A stretch of DNA of 62,650 nt, filler included, from Sphacelaria rigidula (taxonomy: Eukaryota), in NCBI GenBank assembly GCA_964200075.2. It is 5 parts of 5 records of this genome, joined end to end, with 100 filler letters (N's around TTAATTAATTAA, not from the genome) between each part and the next. Parts side by side here need not be neighbours in the genome. Positions count along the whole stretch, not along the records: positions 37,660 to 50,105 come from CAXNAA020003758.1; positions 50,206 to 62,650 come from CAXNAA020003759.1; 3 more parts are not named here. The stretch is one strand, 5' to 3'. Positions 38,118 through 51,927 of this stretch are shown here, one piece after another. The position numbers and the translations under genes were made by a program. The stretch's first letter is position 1. Each line of letters starts with the position of its first letter. Below the pieces are notes generated by a model that did not search any database, had not been told where the DNA came from, and saw only the letters and a list, made by a program, of their open reading frames with translations.

Positions 38118-41100
38118 GAACGGAGGTATCGGTTTGACAGTTCTGCTTCGAACGCGTCGCCTGTCAGCGGAGTTGCGGGAAGTGGCTTGCAGGGCCACAG
38201 CAGGATGTGGCCGAGCGGGTCTTGGGGATCGGGATCAGGCACATGCACCCCGACGCAGACGGCGGCGAGGACGTCAGAACCGCCGCAGTGTTTCTATTAC
38301 GGACAGGTGCGTGTGAGGGAGAGAGAGAGAGAGACAGGGGGAGGAAGAGAAGGGAGGTAGTGAGAGTGTTGGAGGCCGTGGTGTCCGTGGCTGGGCTTCT
38401 AGTCTGTATGTGTCTGAGAGGGTGGTGGAAGAAATATGGGCGTGTATTTGTGTCGAGATGGACGCATATTAAGACGTGTTGAAATGATCGAGGGAGAATT
38501 TAATGATCGATGATTTGATTGATCGATCGTCGCAGTTCAACTGCCCCCAGGGATCCAGCCGTGGTCACATAATTAAGGAACCTCATTATCGTATATCGTT
38601 ATCCAAAGTGTGGCTTTTTCACCGTTGCTTCCGTATTTACATACGTTTTTCCAAAACCCCAGCCCTCGCAGTTTATCACCGACACCAAAGTACAGTTGCT
38701 ACCCTTGCGTGTGACTTATTTTCCCGTTGTTCCTATCTTCAAGTGGGGACGTGTACGACCCGCCACCTACATCCGCCGCTCATGTCGCATACAGTACTTG
38801 CAAATGTATCCAGAATGTATCTGCCTCAGTGATTTCACGACGAATTCGCGTGAGCCCGCCTACGCTTGCTGTAGTTTTCCTTACATCCTCACACGTGCCC
38901 CCTCCCCCGTCACATCCGTCACACCCGTCCCTGATCTGTCGTATCAGTTTTATGCGCAGGATCTTCTCGTGGTGGTCGTGGTGATGACATACGCATGCGT
39001 GGCCCCGGTGGTTCTCATCCCAGCGCTCATGTTTTTCTTCATGGCCCAGATCGTCTACCGACATCAGCTTCTGTGAGTCCCCTCGTACTTTGTCGGAAAG
39101 AGGAATGCCGGCTTTTTTTTTTGTCGTGGAGGGCTGGATGACAATCAGTTGTATTTTCATTAAATCCACTGCCCGTCGCCGGGACGAGTCCGCGATGTTG
39201 ATGCTGAGGGATCCAAGGGTTGGGCGAATGAATCACCGCTGGTTCGAATCACCAAATGCACGATTTATGAATCCCGATTGCTCGAAAGAGAGAAAAAAGA
39301 GTTGGCTGAGGGTCAATAATTTCTCTACGCAATCTTTGCGCTATTCCATGTGCCTGACGCCCGCGTGCCTGGGGTGCGACGCTGAAAAATATGAAGGATG
39401 GATTTACACGGTATGAATCAATTAAACTGAAATCGAGTAATAAAGTTCACACTGAAATCGGGTAACTTTCAGACGAGTCATTACTCGTCCGTCCGACCGT
39501 TGAAGGAATCAACCCATATTTCCCCTGGCAACACGCCTTGCATTTCGTACACGCTGGTACAGGGTAAACGCACCGAAATGTATTCCCCGCAATTTCTTGC
39601 ACGTGTTTTTGTGGTTGAGACCCTAAAGTTTTGCCCATGTGTACTATGGGATATACTGTTTATTGCGAAACATTACATGAATGTTTTTTTTTTTCGCAAC
39701 GTATCGTTTTGTTTTGTTTTGTTTTTCTTGTATCGCGTCTGTGTGAATTTTTCGTGAGTCCGATTTCATTTCCTGATTTTCCTTTTACCCTAGCATGGGG
39801 CAGTAGCCTGTGACCACGGAAGACGTCCGAGTCAGATGCCCAGTACAGCACTGCGCAGATACCGGAACGACTTTTTAATGTGAAGATAACAACAACAACA
39901 ATCGGGAGTCCCAGGTGTTTCCGAAGGCCATGTGGTCTTGTGGGACCCTGGGTATCTGTCGAAAGAACCACAACGTGGAAGAAAATTCCGCTCAGAAGAA
40001 GTTTCCCAGTGTCTCATTACATGTGTGCAAAAGTTCAATGTCATCATCCACAACCCCGCGTGAGAAATCGCTCTCATGTGAGATTATCCTCTGAGCCTCG
40101 TAATCAGTTGTTTTTAGTCCGGTCAAGCTTTCATCGACCGTTTTGGGATCAGTTTTTCGAGTTACGCATTGAAATATTTTACAAGCGTTCCTTGTACTAC
40201 CTCGGGACGGAGTACATTTTAAATTTCGTGTTTTTAGGCGTTCTGTACCAGCTGCTGGGGGTCTTCAGCATGGATCATCCGGAAGCCGGCAGAGAAGGGA
40301 TCAGCTTTGAAATATTATTTAATGAATCCCCCCCCCCCCCCCCCCCCCATTTGCCGCACCCATATCTACCTACCTACAAAGTTTGGAGATGGTCGGAGCT
40401 TTTCTATGACACCTACAAGGGAAGCCGTCATGAGGCTTTATGGGTCTTTCATGCGTATTACCGATGGAAATCCCACATCACCAAAATATAATACTGCGGG
40501 GTATAACTCGATCCTAAACAAATCGTTTCTACAACTCCTCCTTTCGTCAATTTATCTAGCTTTTGGCGGTTGCTTGGGTTTGATTCATAACCAACCCGTA
40601 GACGGCGAGAGTAGGTCATTTGTTGAATCGGCGTTAATTTTACTTTTGAAAAGTACGCAGGATCCAAATGGACAACTCTCGCGGTCGAAGGGTCAAGATT
40701 GGGTAGAAATTGTGTCGAGCGATCGTTTTTTTAATTCCACAACAATTTCAAGGCCCCTGATTTGCTGAGAAAGATTTCATCACTTGCGCCACAGCAAAGG
40801 GCGTAAGAAACATTCTGGCTTTGTCAGTGTTTTCTTGCTCGTGGGGGTCACTACGATGCCAAATGCTACGTATGTCTTTATCGGGGGCAGTTTTGCGTTC
40901 TGTATGCAGTATGAAATACATTCTGGGCATTCACCTTGAACCAGTCTGTATCGCGGATTGCACCACTCCCTCCCCCCCACGGCGTCAACTCTCTTTGAAG
41001 AAAATGAAGTCATGTTCGCACGCTTTCAACGATAGACATCAATTATTTTACAGAAGATCAAAATTCTATGCATCTGGCGGGGATCAAGCCCACTTTTTCC

Positions 41101-43706
41101 CGACCTCATGGTGAAAGCTGTACCAATAGATGATGCGGTCGCGGTGGCCCGTGTGTGCCGTGTGTGCCGTGTGTGCCGTGGTTAGTTGTCCAGTGTGATG
41201 TGTTGGTTGATTGATTGTCCTACTTCAACTGATGTCCCAGTATCCAGCTGTGGTAAAATGATATGTACCGAAAATAATGGAGGTTGTACCTCATATAGTC
41301 ACGTTGACGTGCCTGTTGCGTATGCTTGACCCTTTTGGAACCCTCCCCTCCTGTCACCGGGCCGAACGCTTCAGCATGAGAAGTCATGACAGAGGAAAAG
41401 ATGGAAGCAGAAAAGGCTGACGGCAACCATTTTATAATGGAAGACCGAAGAAAAATTCAGTAGCACACGCGGCGGGTGCAGGAAAAATGTCCTCCCTGGA
41501 GAGGTCTGGTGAGGTTTGTCCAATCATACCACGCAACGGATGAAGTGTGTCCAATTGTATCCATCGACAATAATTAGCTAAACACTGAAACATTCCATTC
41601 AAAAGACAGCGATGGGTTCCAGGCTCTGGTACGGCACATCGGTAAACAGGAAACCTTTTGTTCCACTTGTCACTCGCACGGGTCTGAAAAATATCTATTG
41701 GGTTAATGTTGTTGCGTCTGCGCATCACGTGATTGTGTTTTGTTTTGTTATTTCTGCACACACACACACATGCCGGGTACGCGGATAGACGGCGAGAGAG
41801 CGCGAGAGAAAGGACCCCTGAGTACGAAGGAGCTCGTGGCGACTTGTCCAAGTGTACACGCCCCTCGCCTCTTTCTTGTTTTTGTTTTGTGCTTGGTTTG
41901 ATGGTAGCCGCGGATGTGTGCGTCCTGAGGCGCTGATAACGCTCGACGTTGCACAGCACGCCACACGCTGACGACTGGGCGCGGCTTGGTCTGTCGCTGT
42001 CGTGTGTCTCTTCATTTGGCCATCGTGTTACTACTAGTGCTTCCGCTTATGCTGATGCTGATGCCTGTTTGCGACTCCCTCATCTAAACCCCACGAGGAC
42101 AAAACGTTCGTGTTCCACGTTTTTTCCTCATAATCTCGTCTCATGTCACCCCCCCCCTCCCTCCCCTGCGCGCGCCCATGACACGACCAGGTACGTTTAC
42201 GTACCCAAGTTCGAAAGCGGCGGCAGCTTCTTCCCCAAGATGTTCCGGCGCTGGATCTTTGCACTTTTCACCGCGCAGGCCACCATGATCGGGATGTGTG
42301 TCCTCAAGGACGGCGTCAACGAGGCTTGCAGCGTGATGTTTCTCATGGTCCTTACGTACGCCTTCAAGGTGCGCGTGTGTTTCATACTTTGTTATGTGCG
42401 TATCATAATCCAGGCTGTGTGCGTGTTGTTTTTTTCGTGGTGCAGTGAGAGTCTTACTGTTGAAAGACGTCATGCTCCACCAGCATGCTCAAGATTCCCC
42501 CCCCCCCCCAAATGTTGAGACACCCATGAGGTAGTGCGTAACCTGTGGCTGTCTCTGGAAGTGGCGATACCAGAAAATGAAGCAACTTATCCGAGGCTAT
42601 CATTCACACGCAAGATGGTTACTGCACGTCGGGAGGAATAATGTTAGCAGGATGTATGTCACCCTTCATGCGATTCACCGAACACACCACGGCGCTTCGC
42701 GCTTGGTGATTGCGAGCCTGGTCCAAAGAAATCTCGGTGTGCTCCGTCCCGGCTTCGTAGGGAAGCGAGGTCAATGGTCTTATTATGACCATGGCATGCA
42801 TTCATGATCATGAGTACACCCCCTTTGAGGTGTCTATGATGATGCTTCGTCTCGAAAGGGATGTACGGCTAATTGTCGAACGACTAAGGTGAGCAACAAA
42901 TGAGTACCCCTCTCCTCCCCCCCTCCTCCCTTTAATGGGGCTGGCGCCAGTTGGCAACGACGCTGCAAAACACGGTACTCAAATGTGTAAGCTAGGCAAT
43001 CAGGTTGCCGTTTCTTTTGCGCTCGCGTGTCATCTCTTTTTGCGGTAATTATGATGCTGGTCGAGTTTGATCATATTGTGCGGGGTGGAGAAGCTCAACT
43101 CCGCGGAAAGAGGATAATCATTCTACGCGGTGTTTTGATTGTGAGACACCCGTGAGGCAGTGTGACCCGTGGCTGTCTCTGCAAATGGCGATACCAGAAA
43201 ATAAAGCAAATCATGACGCTTTGGGGCGAAGAATCTTGGCATGATGCAGGTCACTGATCATGCGACTCACCTAACACATCACATCGACACGGTGCTTCGC
43301 GCTTGGCGATTAATTGCGAGCCTGGTCCGTCGGAAACCCGGCGTGCTCCGTCCCGGCTTTGTGCAGGTGTAGGTCGATGGTCTTACGATGCGGCATGCAA
43401 GATCATGAATCATGAGTATACCCCCCCCCCCCCCTCCCGCCTCTTCCCACTCCCGTGGTCTTGTTCCCGTGACAGCGCAAAGTTCGAGCCATGTACGAGC
43501 CCGTATCGTTCTCTCTTCCTTTGGAGATCGCGAGAGGTCTCGATATGGACCAAGCGGAGAGTGGACTGGACGCGCAGGAGGAGGATGAGGCGTTACACCC
43601 CGCGGCCCAGGAGTACCTGCAGCCGGAACTTCGAGAACCGGCGATCCTGGGGCCCGAAGACCTGTTGAGTGCGATCGGCGGAAACGACGAGACATTCGGT
43701 CAATAG
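38118..43706 (+). CDS. OSCA/CSC1/TMEM63 calcium-permeable mechanosensitive channel, 3' part; exons 38118-38306, 38948-39072, 42191-42368, 43476-43706
   Basis: Spliced FYYGQ-FYAQDLLVVVVVMTYACVAPVVLIPALMFFFMAQIVYRHQLL-YVYVPKFESGGSFFP...-RKVRAMYEPVSFSLPLEIA..YLQPEL* matches the RSN1_7TM C-terminal signature (Y...P....YRHQ..YVY...ESGG..P). Splice phases are consistent; the first exon start is tentative. Confidence 0.88.
42515..43430 (+). repeat. Repeat family E, two nearby copies (42515-42822, 43142-43430); others at about 37790-37960 and 50206-50230; associated subunit at 28870-28935, 29010-29080, 42840-42910
   Basis: Shared GTGGCTGTCTCTG.AA.TGGCGATACCAGAAA...GTGCTCCGTCCCGGCTT.GT...GGCATGCA..GATCATGAGTA, followed by C-rich tracts. 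Confidence 0.7.
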
Positions 43707-46700
43707 GAAACGAACGGAGGGAGTAGTTTTTCGCCGATAGCGAACACTCCCTTTACTGAGACAAAAACGTTTTTCTCACTGAAGATTGAGAATATCATGG
43801 AGGAGATTTATGGACGATGACGTGGTCAGGCGGGAGGAGTATATCGGCGAATTGCAGAGGGGTGGGGAGTGAAGAGACTTGTGGGGTTTCTGTTTTTTTC
43901 GTCACACTTTTATCTCCTTCCTTTCCCGGGACGAGCCTGTAGTCTGTAGTCTCGGGGATTAGCCCATTTCTCCCGCGGAACCTGCCCGATTGTAGTCGGT
44001 CATGAAGAGAGAGGATTTTTTTTCTCGAAAATTGAAGCAAAATCAGATCGGGAGAAACGGATGTGCTTACAGATAATGTAGTCGATTCTGTGTTGTGGCT
44101 TATCTCGAAATGTACAAAATGGTGTAAAGTATCCTTCGGAATTTTGTTTTGCGTGGTGCATCTTGTCTGATGGATCGTCGCGCCTACTATTTGTGGGTCC
44201 GTCCCGTTTTCCCCCCCCTCCTCCCCTTCCCATTACCCACCACCTGTAGGTTCCAACACACTGTTGCTGTAACATTTTTTTTCTTCGTCTTTGTGTAAAG
44301 GTCAACAGCGCGGTGCAGTACAGTTGTCAAGTCTCGAACATGTGCATATATACGTATAGAATCGTAGACTATTTAGTGACATCTTATGTTCAACGGGGGG
44401 GCGGGGGGGGGGGACTAGTGATCTTGCATGGCGTAGTCATGAGACCGTTGACCCCGCATCCCTACAAAAAAATTGGGACGGATCATGCCGAGTTTTGGCC
44501 TGAGCAGGCTAGCAATTATCACAAAGCGCAAAGCGCCGTGATGTGTTTGGCAAGTCGCATGGAAGGTGAGCTGCATGCTGGTAAGACCGTTCGACCCGAA
44601 GCGTGCTGGTTATCTTGAATTCGGTTGGACGGGGGGGGGCGTAGTTATGAAGTCAGGGGATGAAACTACCACATGCAGTCTAGCCTCTGACCTGCCATCG
44701 GGTCTATAATAGCAATGCCTGTTCTTGGGTTCACGGTGAGGGCGTGCAGTACTGTCTACTTTACAATGAAATTGAAGAAGAGCTGACGGCGAGTCAGAGA
44801 TGTGATAACTATAGAGAAGATAAGCTTGGTTGTGGGGTTGCCCCTGGAGTCCCCCTCCCCCCCTCGTCTTCACCCTCCAGCGAAAGGAAGGACAGAGAAG
44901 ATGAAATCACATTATGAGTATTTGCGTGCGTTGGTCCGCTTCTGTAGCAGCTGTAGTGGCCCCAGGGTTTTTTGGCCCCGAGATTGGTCAGGATTAGTTT
45001 TTGTCGAAAATGCATTGTTGTTGTTTGCTAGAGCGCACGGTGCTGCTGCCCATGTGTGTTGAGTTTGATCTTTGAGCGCAGGTTGTTGATGGCCTTGCTG
45101 CTCAATGCCGTCTTCGTTCCACAGTAGTGCTCGTTGTAACAGCCGTGTCGTGGGCTCCTCACCCGCTCTCGTTTCGTGTCTTCAGTAGCCTGTTGACTTT
45201 GTGCATCTCTATCCCGCCGAATGCCATATCCTCGAAAACACGTGATCACGAATGTACCAACTAACGTGACTATCATTACCCCGTCTTTTGGCATATCGTA
45301 GTCTTATTCGCCGTACCGTTCGCTCTTCATATTGCCGAAGCTGCGCACATTCCCTTGTGTGTTCGTGTGTGTCCTGTAGCGCACTTCCCCCCTCCCACCT
45401 CCTTCCATGTTTGCTGTCTTACTGAATTGAGGCCTAAACGCATTTACGTGGCGCCTTGATTTGCCTCTCTTTTTTTCCGCGAGATGGAGAGCGGGTAATG
45501 ACACAGGAGTGAAGAATTGCATCGCATTCTCAGTTTCTCACCTGAGCCCAACCCTTGACGGGGGGAAGCGGAAGGTGGGCGATCTAAATCTAAGTTATTA
45601 GGCGACTAGGGGCATGATGGGAAGGAATTTTAGGATAGCGCTGGTTCGCTTGTGAAGTTGTTCCGGAAGGAGTCGTGCGAGCTGACCGCGGGTAAAACGG
45701 AACTGATTCATTCGGTGAAATTCAAAAATGGTCGACGCGGCTGAGTTTCGGAGCTGCCTGGAGACCACGCCAAAACTTGTAGAAGAGACGGGGGTGTAGG
45801 AAGAGATTGGTGCATCCCTATGAGTTAGCCAGCGATGTGTAGCTGGCTGCAGAGGCCCTCGTACTGCTTTTGGGGTGGTTTTCGACCAGTTTGTGAAATA
45901 TTTCCTTGAGGTCGAGAAAGGGGCGGCGCGGTGGAGGAAAGTGAAAAGTGTGTTGCCCCCCCCCCCCCTCCCCCTGCAGTAGTGAGAGGTATGATCAACG
46001 GCAATGCTTTTTTTTCAGATCTTTCGATCTTCCAGACTTCTTCGCGGGAAAAGTGGACGCTTTCCCCGACCTTTGAAAAACAAATTGCTGCAATAGAACT
46101 CAACGCCAGATTTTTTCTTGGATGTAGTCGGCCTTGAATTGATCTTTCGCTTGACCTGGTTGGGAAATTTGCTGCCGCATTCTTCGGGGAGGACTGTTTA
46201 GTCCCGAAAAAGTCGGAAAGGTCCGGGAAAAGCAGCCCAGTTGAACTTGCGACTGTGAACCTCTCTAAGGTGGACGGATATGGACTGTGCCACACTCGGG
46301 GTTCAAAACAGCTGTCTTCTTGCTACATAAAACATCTTTCTTCGTGAACATGCGAATGTCGGGCATCTACATGGGAAATAGTCCCGGGAAACCCACATCG
46401 TTTTTGCCCCTGCAGTCGGCATGTGTGCTTGATGTCATCGTAGGATACAACGGCAAGAAGTAATCAGCGTAACATCGCCCTCCACTAAACAGTCTACTGC
46501 ATGCTGCTGATATCTTTGCTTAGTCTTCCACAACAAGACTGCAGTGTGGAGCTATGCTGGCAACACAAGAGGGGTCTGGCAGGCACAGACCACGAGCAGA
46601 GAAATAAGCGCGTCATTTATGCCCATGTGTTCTTCATAGTTAATTTGTCATGACCAAAATGAATAATACGGCTAGAAAGCGAGGTAGTCCATCTATAGGG

Positions 46701-49149
46701 GAACAAACTGACCATTTTGACAGCCGTGATTGGTCATAAAGGCCACTCCGCTCCTCTCGGGCCTCGATCCTGGCTTTCAATTTGACTTGGTGAGCTTTTC
46801 GGCTGCTTACCGAACAGGCCCCCATCCCCTGTCAAAAATTACCCCCCCGCTTTCTGGAAACCCTCGGATGTCCCTGGACTTCCAGCCAGTCGGACTGTTT
46901 GGAGGCGATGTTCGCGGTCCAAGGGTTAGTCATATCTCTAATTAGACGTTTGTCCGCGTCATGCCTTCTGGCGATGGTCAGACTCGGGAGTTTTCTCCCC
47001 TTTTTTTCCGACCGTGATGATGGCTTCGTTTGTTCCTCGTGGCGGGCGTACATTGATTTCTTACATCCCTTCACTCGATGGTGTTCAACGATGACAGTTT
47101 TTCTCGTGTCATGAATTGCATCGATGGCTTTGCCCGGGAAAAAAAATGTCCGCCTCATGCATGAAAAGGTGACGATTACTAGCTCAGTAGTCACGCTCAT
47201 CGAAAGAGTAGGCTGCGTGATTGGTGACGTTGGTTCCAGCCCGTACATACAACTGTTCAATCAATAGCTCCTCTCGTCTCTTTTTTTTGCCTTCTTTGCC
47301 CCTCTTTTCCGGACTGGGCCGCCTATTAACGGGCTCATAAGCTCTCACAGCCACTGTCTCACAGACGGACCACTTGATGAGCGATCATCCGCATATCTTC
47401 ATGATTGACTATTCAAGAGCAACATGCGTCCCTGCTCAAAAGCCTACACCTTTGTATTCTCGTTGATAAAACGCCAAGTCGATTGTAATTCCTATACCGT
47501 ACGGAGATACGGTCCATACTTAAGTCTTCACGAAACCCCGAATGACACATACAGCGGATCATGATTTCTAGCGTCAACATTCCCTGGGGCACGGGGAAAC
47601 GATCGGTACCCTCACCTTGACCTAATTCGTCATCTAGAGATACGACGCACATGAAATTCTATACTAGAATCAATTTACCACGAGCAGTTGATGCATTCAA
47701 CATGGATTTTGCGTCGTGTCAGTTTTGAGGGTATTTTTCTTTGGGCGAACGAGATAACACATCACGGCTGGGAAGTATATTTGCAGTTTTTTTCGAAAAT
47801 TGTTGAATGCATATGAATGTCCTCAAGACCCATCCCCAAGAAGAGATATGTCTGCAATTAGCTATTTCATAGGGGGGTACAGGGGCGGAGAAATATAGCG
47901 GGTGCTTGCACGTGTTGTGGGATATATAATTTGTCGGAACACTTATCGCACCACCACTGCTGTAGGCTCATCATGAAATCCTTCCGTCATCACCGGTGTG
48001 CGCAAGCTAAGATTACGGCAGTCGTTGTTGCTTTTTGTAACGTTGTCCAACATTGTCGCAGGGGATGGTTTGGGGTGGGGATCATCTCAAACCACGACCG
48101 TCAAATAAAGCTAAGCCAACCAACATCAGCATGTATGTGTGTAGGTGTTTCCGACAAGTAGATATGTATAGCACGTTTCAGGGGTGACGTGCTGCGAACA
48201 CATGAGTTGAGAGGGGGGTAAAGGGGGACCATATAAAGGGGGGGAAAAATCGTATATTTTTTTCGATACTCCGAGGGGGGCGGGGGGCAGGGGTGGGGCG
48301 GAATTGGTGGGGGGGCGGGATACTCTCCTTTTTGTGCTGTCGTCCCATCTATTCTGGACGCCGGTGGGTTCGTCCGGCCGATTCGTGCACCCTTGCCATT
48401 TCTCATAACAAGACAAGACGCCCCCATCCGAGCACGCCATCATTACTGACTCTGCATGATTCTTGCAATTACAGGCCTCCGCTTTACTTCCTCCTTCCCG
48501 CCAAGGACACCTCCATGTACGTTTGACGGACGGGATTAACATGGCAAGCACCACCCCGCCTAAAGCTCCACTCATGAAACCGAGGTCTAGCCACGAACGG
48601 CCCCTGCCTGTACTACAGTAGACGTCCAGCCCATCGCTATCAGTGCGCCCAACATCCACGCGTAGTTTTGCCTTTTCATATAAGGCCTCAAGGGCGATTC
48701 GCCATGGTACGAAATATTGCGTATGCTCGCCGAATTACGGTACGACGACAGCGCAAAATCATTAAACAACGGAAGAAGATGGTATCCTATAGACGACTGG
48801 CACTATTGCACACATCTCAAGACACACAACGCCATCCAACGAAGCCCGCTCCTTAGGCCCTTCCTTCATACATGTTGCTGGTGTCCTCGAGCCTCCTTTC
48901 CCTTCCCCCAAAGCAAATTCAGCAGGATGATACGCCCCGAAGAGGGGAACGAGCCGTAGGTACAACCTTCGGCATTCGGGCGCGATCTGCCCCACTACAC
49001 GTCAAGGTTTCAACAAGACATAGTAAATCTAAACGCCGCCTGCATCGTTTCATTCGTCAGGTTCTCGACATTCCAGGAAAACTGGAGATCGAAGGGGTCC
49101 TTTCGTTCCTCTCCCTTCCGTCTATTCCGCCGGCTAGACAGCGATCTTG

Positions 49150-49971
49150 TTACAAGTGGTATCCCTTCACGATACCGAAGTGCTGGACGGCCTTGAACCG
49201 GCGAAGCATGGTGATGCCAACCTCCTCCAGCTTCTGCGGGGTCACATCGAAGTCGCCAATCGTGAGAGCCGTAGTATCGGGCTTCACCACAACATCCGTC
49301 GTCATCTGCACAGCCTGTTTCACGTGAACAGAAAAACAGAAGAGGCAAAACAATGCATGACACACAACAAGTGAAGAATCAGCGAGAACCAAAAAGAGGT
49401 ACTTTACACCTCCTTCGGGGGGTTATCGCTATATTACAACACGGCGGCTGTTCTTTACATCGGTAGGAACGATCACAACTTCCCTCACATTTCGAGATGT
49501 CTACGAGTTTCCGCGATTCCAAACGACCTTAATGAAAGTTCAGGACAAAAGCGTTGACAGCTCCCTTCCCTCTTCCGTTGCTCACAGAAGGCGAAGGTAT
49601 TTTTTTTCACGCAGGCAACACACCAACGCATTTTCCCTCTCGCCTCGTGCCCCAGCCTTAATCCTTAACTCCCGGCCTTTCCCGTGTCTTGGACAAGTAG
49701 CAAACCGACACAAACACGAGCAGACACACACCAACACATACATGCCAAATGATTCACCAAAGCGCACAATCACCTCATCTACGGTCCAGAATGGATCCGG
49801 GAACTGCTCAAGAATCCCTGCGTAGAACTTGGCTGTGCCTAGATCCATGCGTTCCACCTTGATATAAGGTGCTCGATCGGTCGTATCGAGCATGAAGTCT
49901 ACCAACTCCCCCCATGAGAATTCCCCCCCCCCTCCGAGCTCCACCGTCTTGCCGCGGTAGTCCACGTTTTC
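49150..49971 (-). CDS. NDUFA9: NADH:ubiquinone oxidoreductase 39-kDa subunit (NDUFA9), last two exons 49971-49774 and 49314-49150
   Basis: GKTVELGGGGEFSWGELVDFMLDT...AKFYAGILEQFPDPFWTVDE-AVQMTTDVVVKPDTTALTIGDFDVTPQKLEEVGITMLRRFK...* resembles the NDUFA9 C-terminus; phase-0 GT-AG join. Confidence 0.72.
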
Positions 49972-50105
49972 CTGGGGTGATACCGACAAAAAATGCAGTA
50001 AAGTGTGCAAAGAATGATTGGGGGGATAACATGAACTATAGCCGAGTCGAGAAGAAACTACAGGAAGGTCACGAACATCGCGCGTACTGAACGCAGCTAC
50101 TACCC

Positions 50106-50205
50106 NNNNNNNNNNNNNNNNNNNNNNNNNNNNNNNNNNNNNNNNNNNNTTAATTAATTAANNNNNNNNNNNNNNNNNNNNNNNNNNNNNNNNNNNNNNN
50201 NNNNN
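50106..50205. other. Artificial contig linker
   Basis: Same 100-bp spacer. Confidence 0.98.
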
Positions 50206-51927
50206 GTCAATGGTCTCATGACTATGGCATGCATGATCATGAGCACCCCTCCCCCTCCCCCTCCTCCTCCTCCTCTTCTCTCCTAAGCCTTCTTGCAGTG
50301 AGACGGCTTACGCGCGCTATCTTGACAGCAGAGCTGTCGCTGACTCGAAGATACGTTCATTTCCGTTGCCTACATGAACGATGTTGCCGGTACTTGGTGA
50401 TGATCCTGGACGCTGTTGTTTCAAGGCTCTCATATTTTTGACGCGGACACAGGCGAATGTGACGGAACATGTCAACTCTCCTCGCTGTGTTTTTATTTTT
50501 TATTTTTTTACACTGCAACATGCGTGGGGTGTGTTTCGAACGAGGCACAAGACAGAGCTGCGGTGGGCTGTTCTTCGACGATATGACGTCTCTTCGGTCA
50601 TAAGTGAAAGTCACGGTCAATATGCGTGAGGGTCAGTCCCAGTTCTCCTCTGTTTCTTTTTAATATATATATATATATATATAAATATTTCGTTTTGATT
50701 TTCCCTCGACCTGTCCTGTGTTTCATTTATTTATATTGCGTTTTGATTTTCCCTCGACCTGTCCTGTGCTTCTCGGGCAAAAATAAACAGAGCTGCCGTG
50801 AGCTGCAAACTACTACCCCCAGACATGTGCGACGACTGCACAATAAACTACGTCTGCGGAAAGGTGAGAGGAAGATTGCTGACAAGCCTGCGTGTTCTGG
50901 AGCGTGAAGGGTCGAATGAATGACCTATCGATCGACTAGTTAGGCGGTTGTCTCTCATATTCGGACCCGCAAAAAATGATGCAGCTTCGGTCACAAGAAA
51001 CATGATCGTAACAATGGCAAATGAGTGAAAACAGTTGCTAAAGAGAGCTCGACTGTGAAATATGACAAACGAAAGGATGAGAAGTAATCAGAATACCGTG
51101 AGTGGAGAAAAGACACCGGACTGAAAAGGTTTCAGAGATAGTCCCCTCCGACAGTCCCCCGCTACAGCTTCAGCTAGGACGTCATGCACGAAGCAAAGAC
51201 GTGGGAGCATGCTGCGCTTCCTTTATCTAAAAACCAAACTGTATTTCCTGTATTTTAATGAATACGTTTAGCGCCCCCCGACCTACTGCGAGCTATTGGA
51301 CCCCGCCATTTTTTGGGAGAATGGTAATGGCGTATGAAGGTCGCTGCGATCCTCTTTGTCGGAACACTAGGACGCGAAGGAGGTTTGGCACCCGAGCGTC
51401 TTGCCGGCACCTTCCTCGCCTACAATATTGTTATCCTCTACAGGACTGTTGAAATTCGCGGCAGGCCGTGGGAGCTTACACGATTAACCACGGAACATGA
51501 AGGGAGAAGGCACGAATGCCGACGCGGCAAGCGATACGCACGTGCTTGTTCAAAATATAATTTGTTCTGTCGCCACGCCCTTGTGGCACGTCTCAAACCG
51601 TTGGAGCGGAAGGATGGGGATTCGATATCCGCGAGATACGTTGTCCCTGGGGAGCACAATGTATGACTTTCTTCGTTGAAAACGTGAGCACGACAGTAGC
51701 AGATGAAAAAAAGCAAATTCCCACGCGATGTGGGAGTATTGGTCATGATCCAATCCGCGATGCCAAAATGTCAGACTTGTACCAGCGAGGAAGAAGACGT
51801 TTGATTTCTTGAAATTATGGACACCTGTCGAGGAACGGGAATGAATGGTTGAAGGTAGGATGGTGTGTCAGGCAGTGGTGGACGGCCGCAACGAGCGTTC
51901 TGCTTTCAATTTTATTGTGATGGGCAC

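Noticed and set aside
48126-48769. Possible small membrane-protein ORFs downstream of NDUFA9
   Set aside because: No homology or clear splice structure; could be 3' UTR.
50691-50768. 30-bp local direct duplication, plus simple repeats elsewhere (27720-27750, 41151-41179, 59294-59330, 61492-61560)
   Set aside because: Ordinary slippage or microsatellite features.
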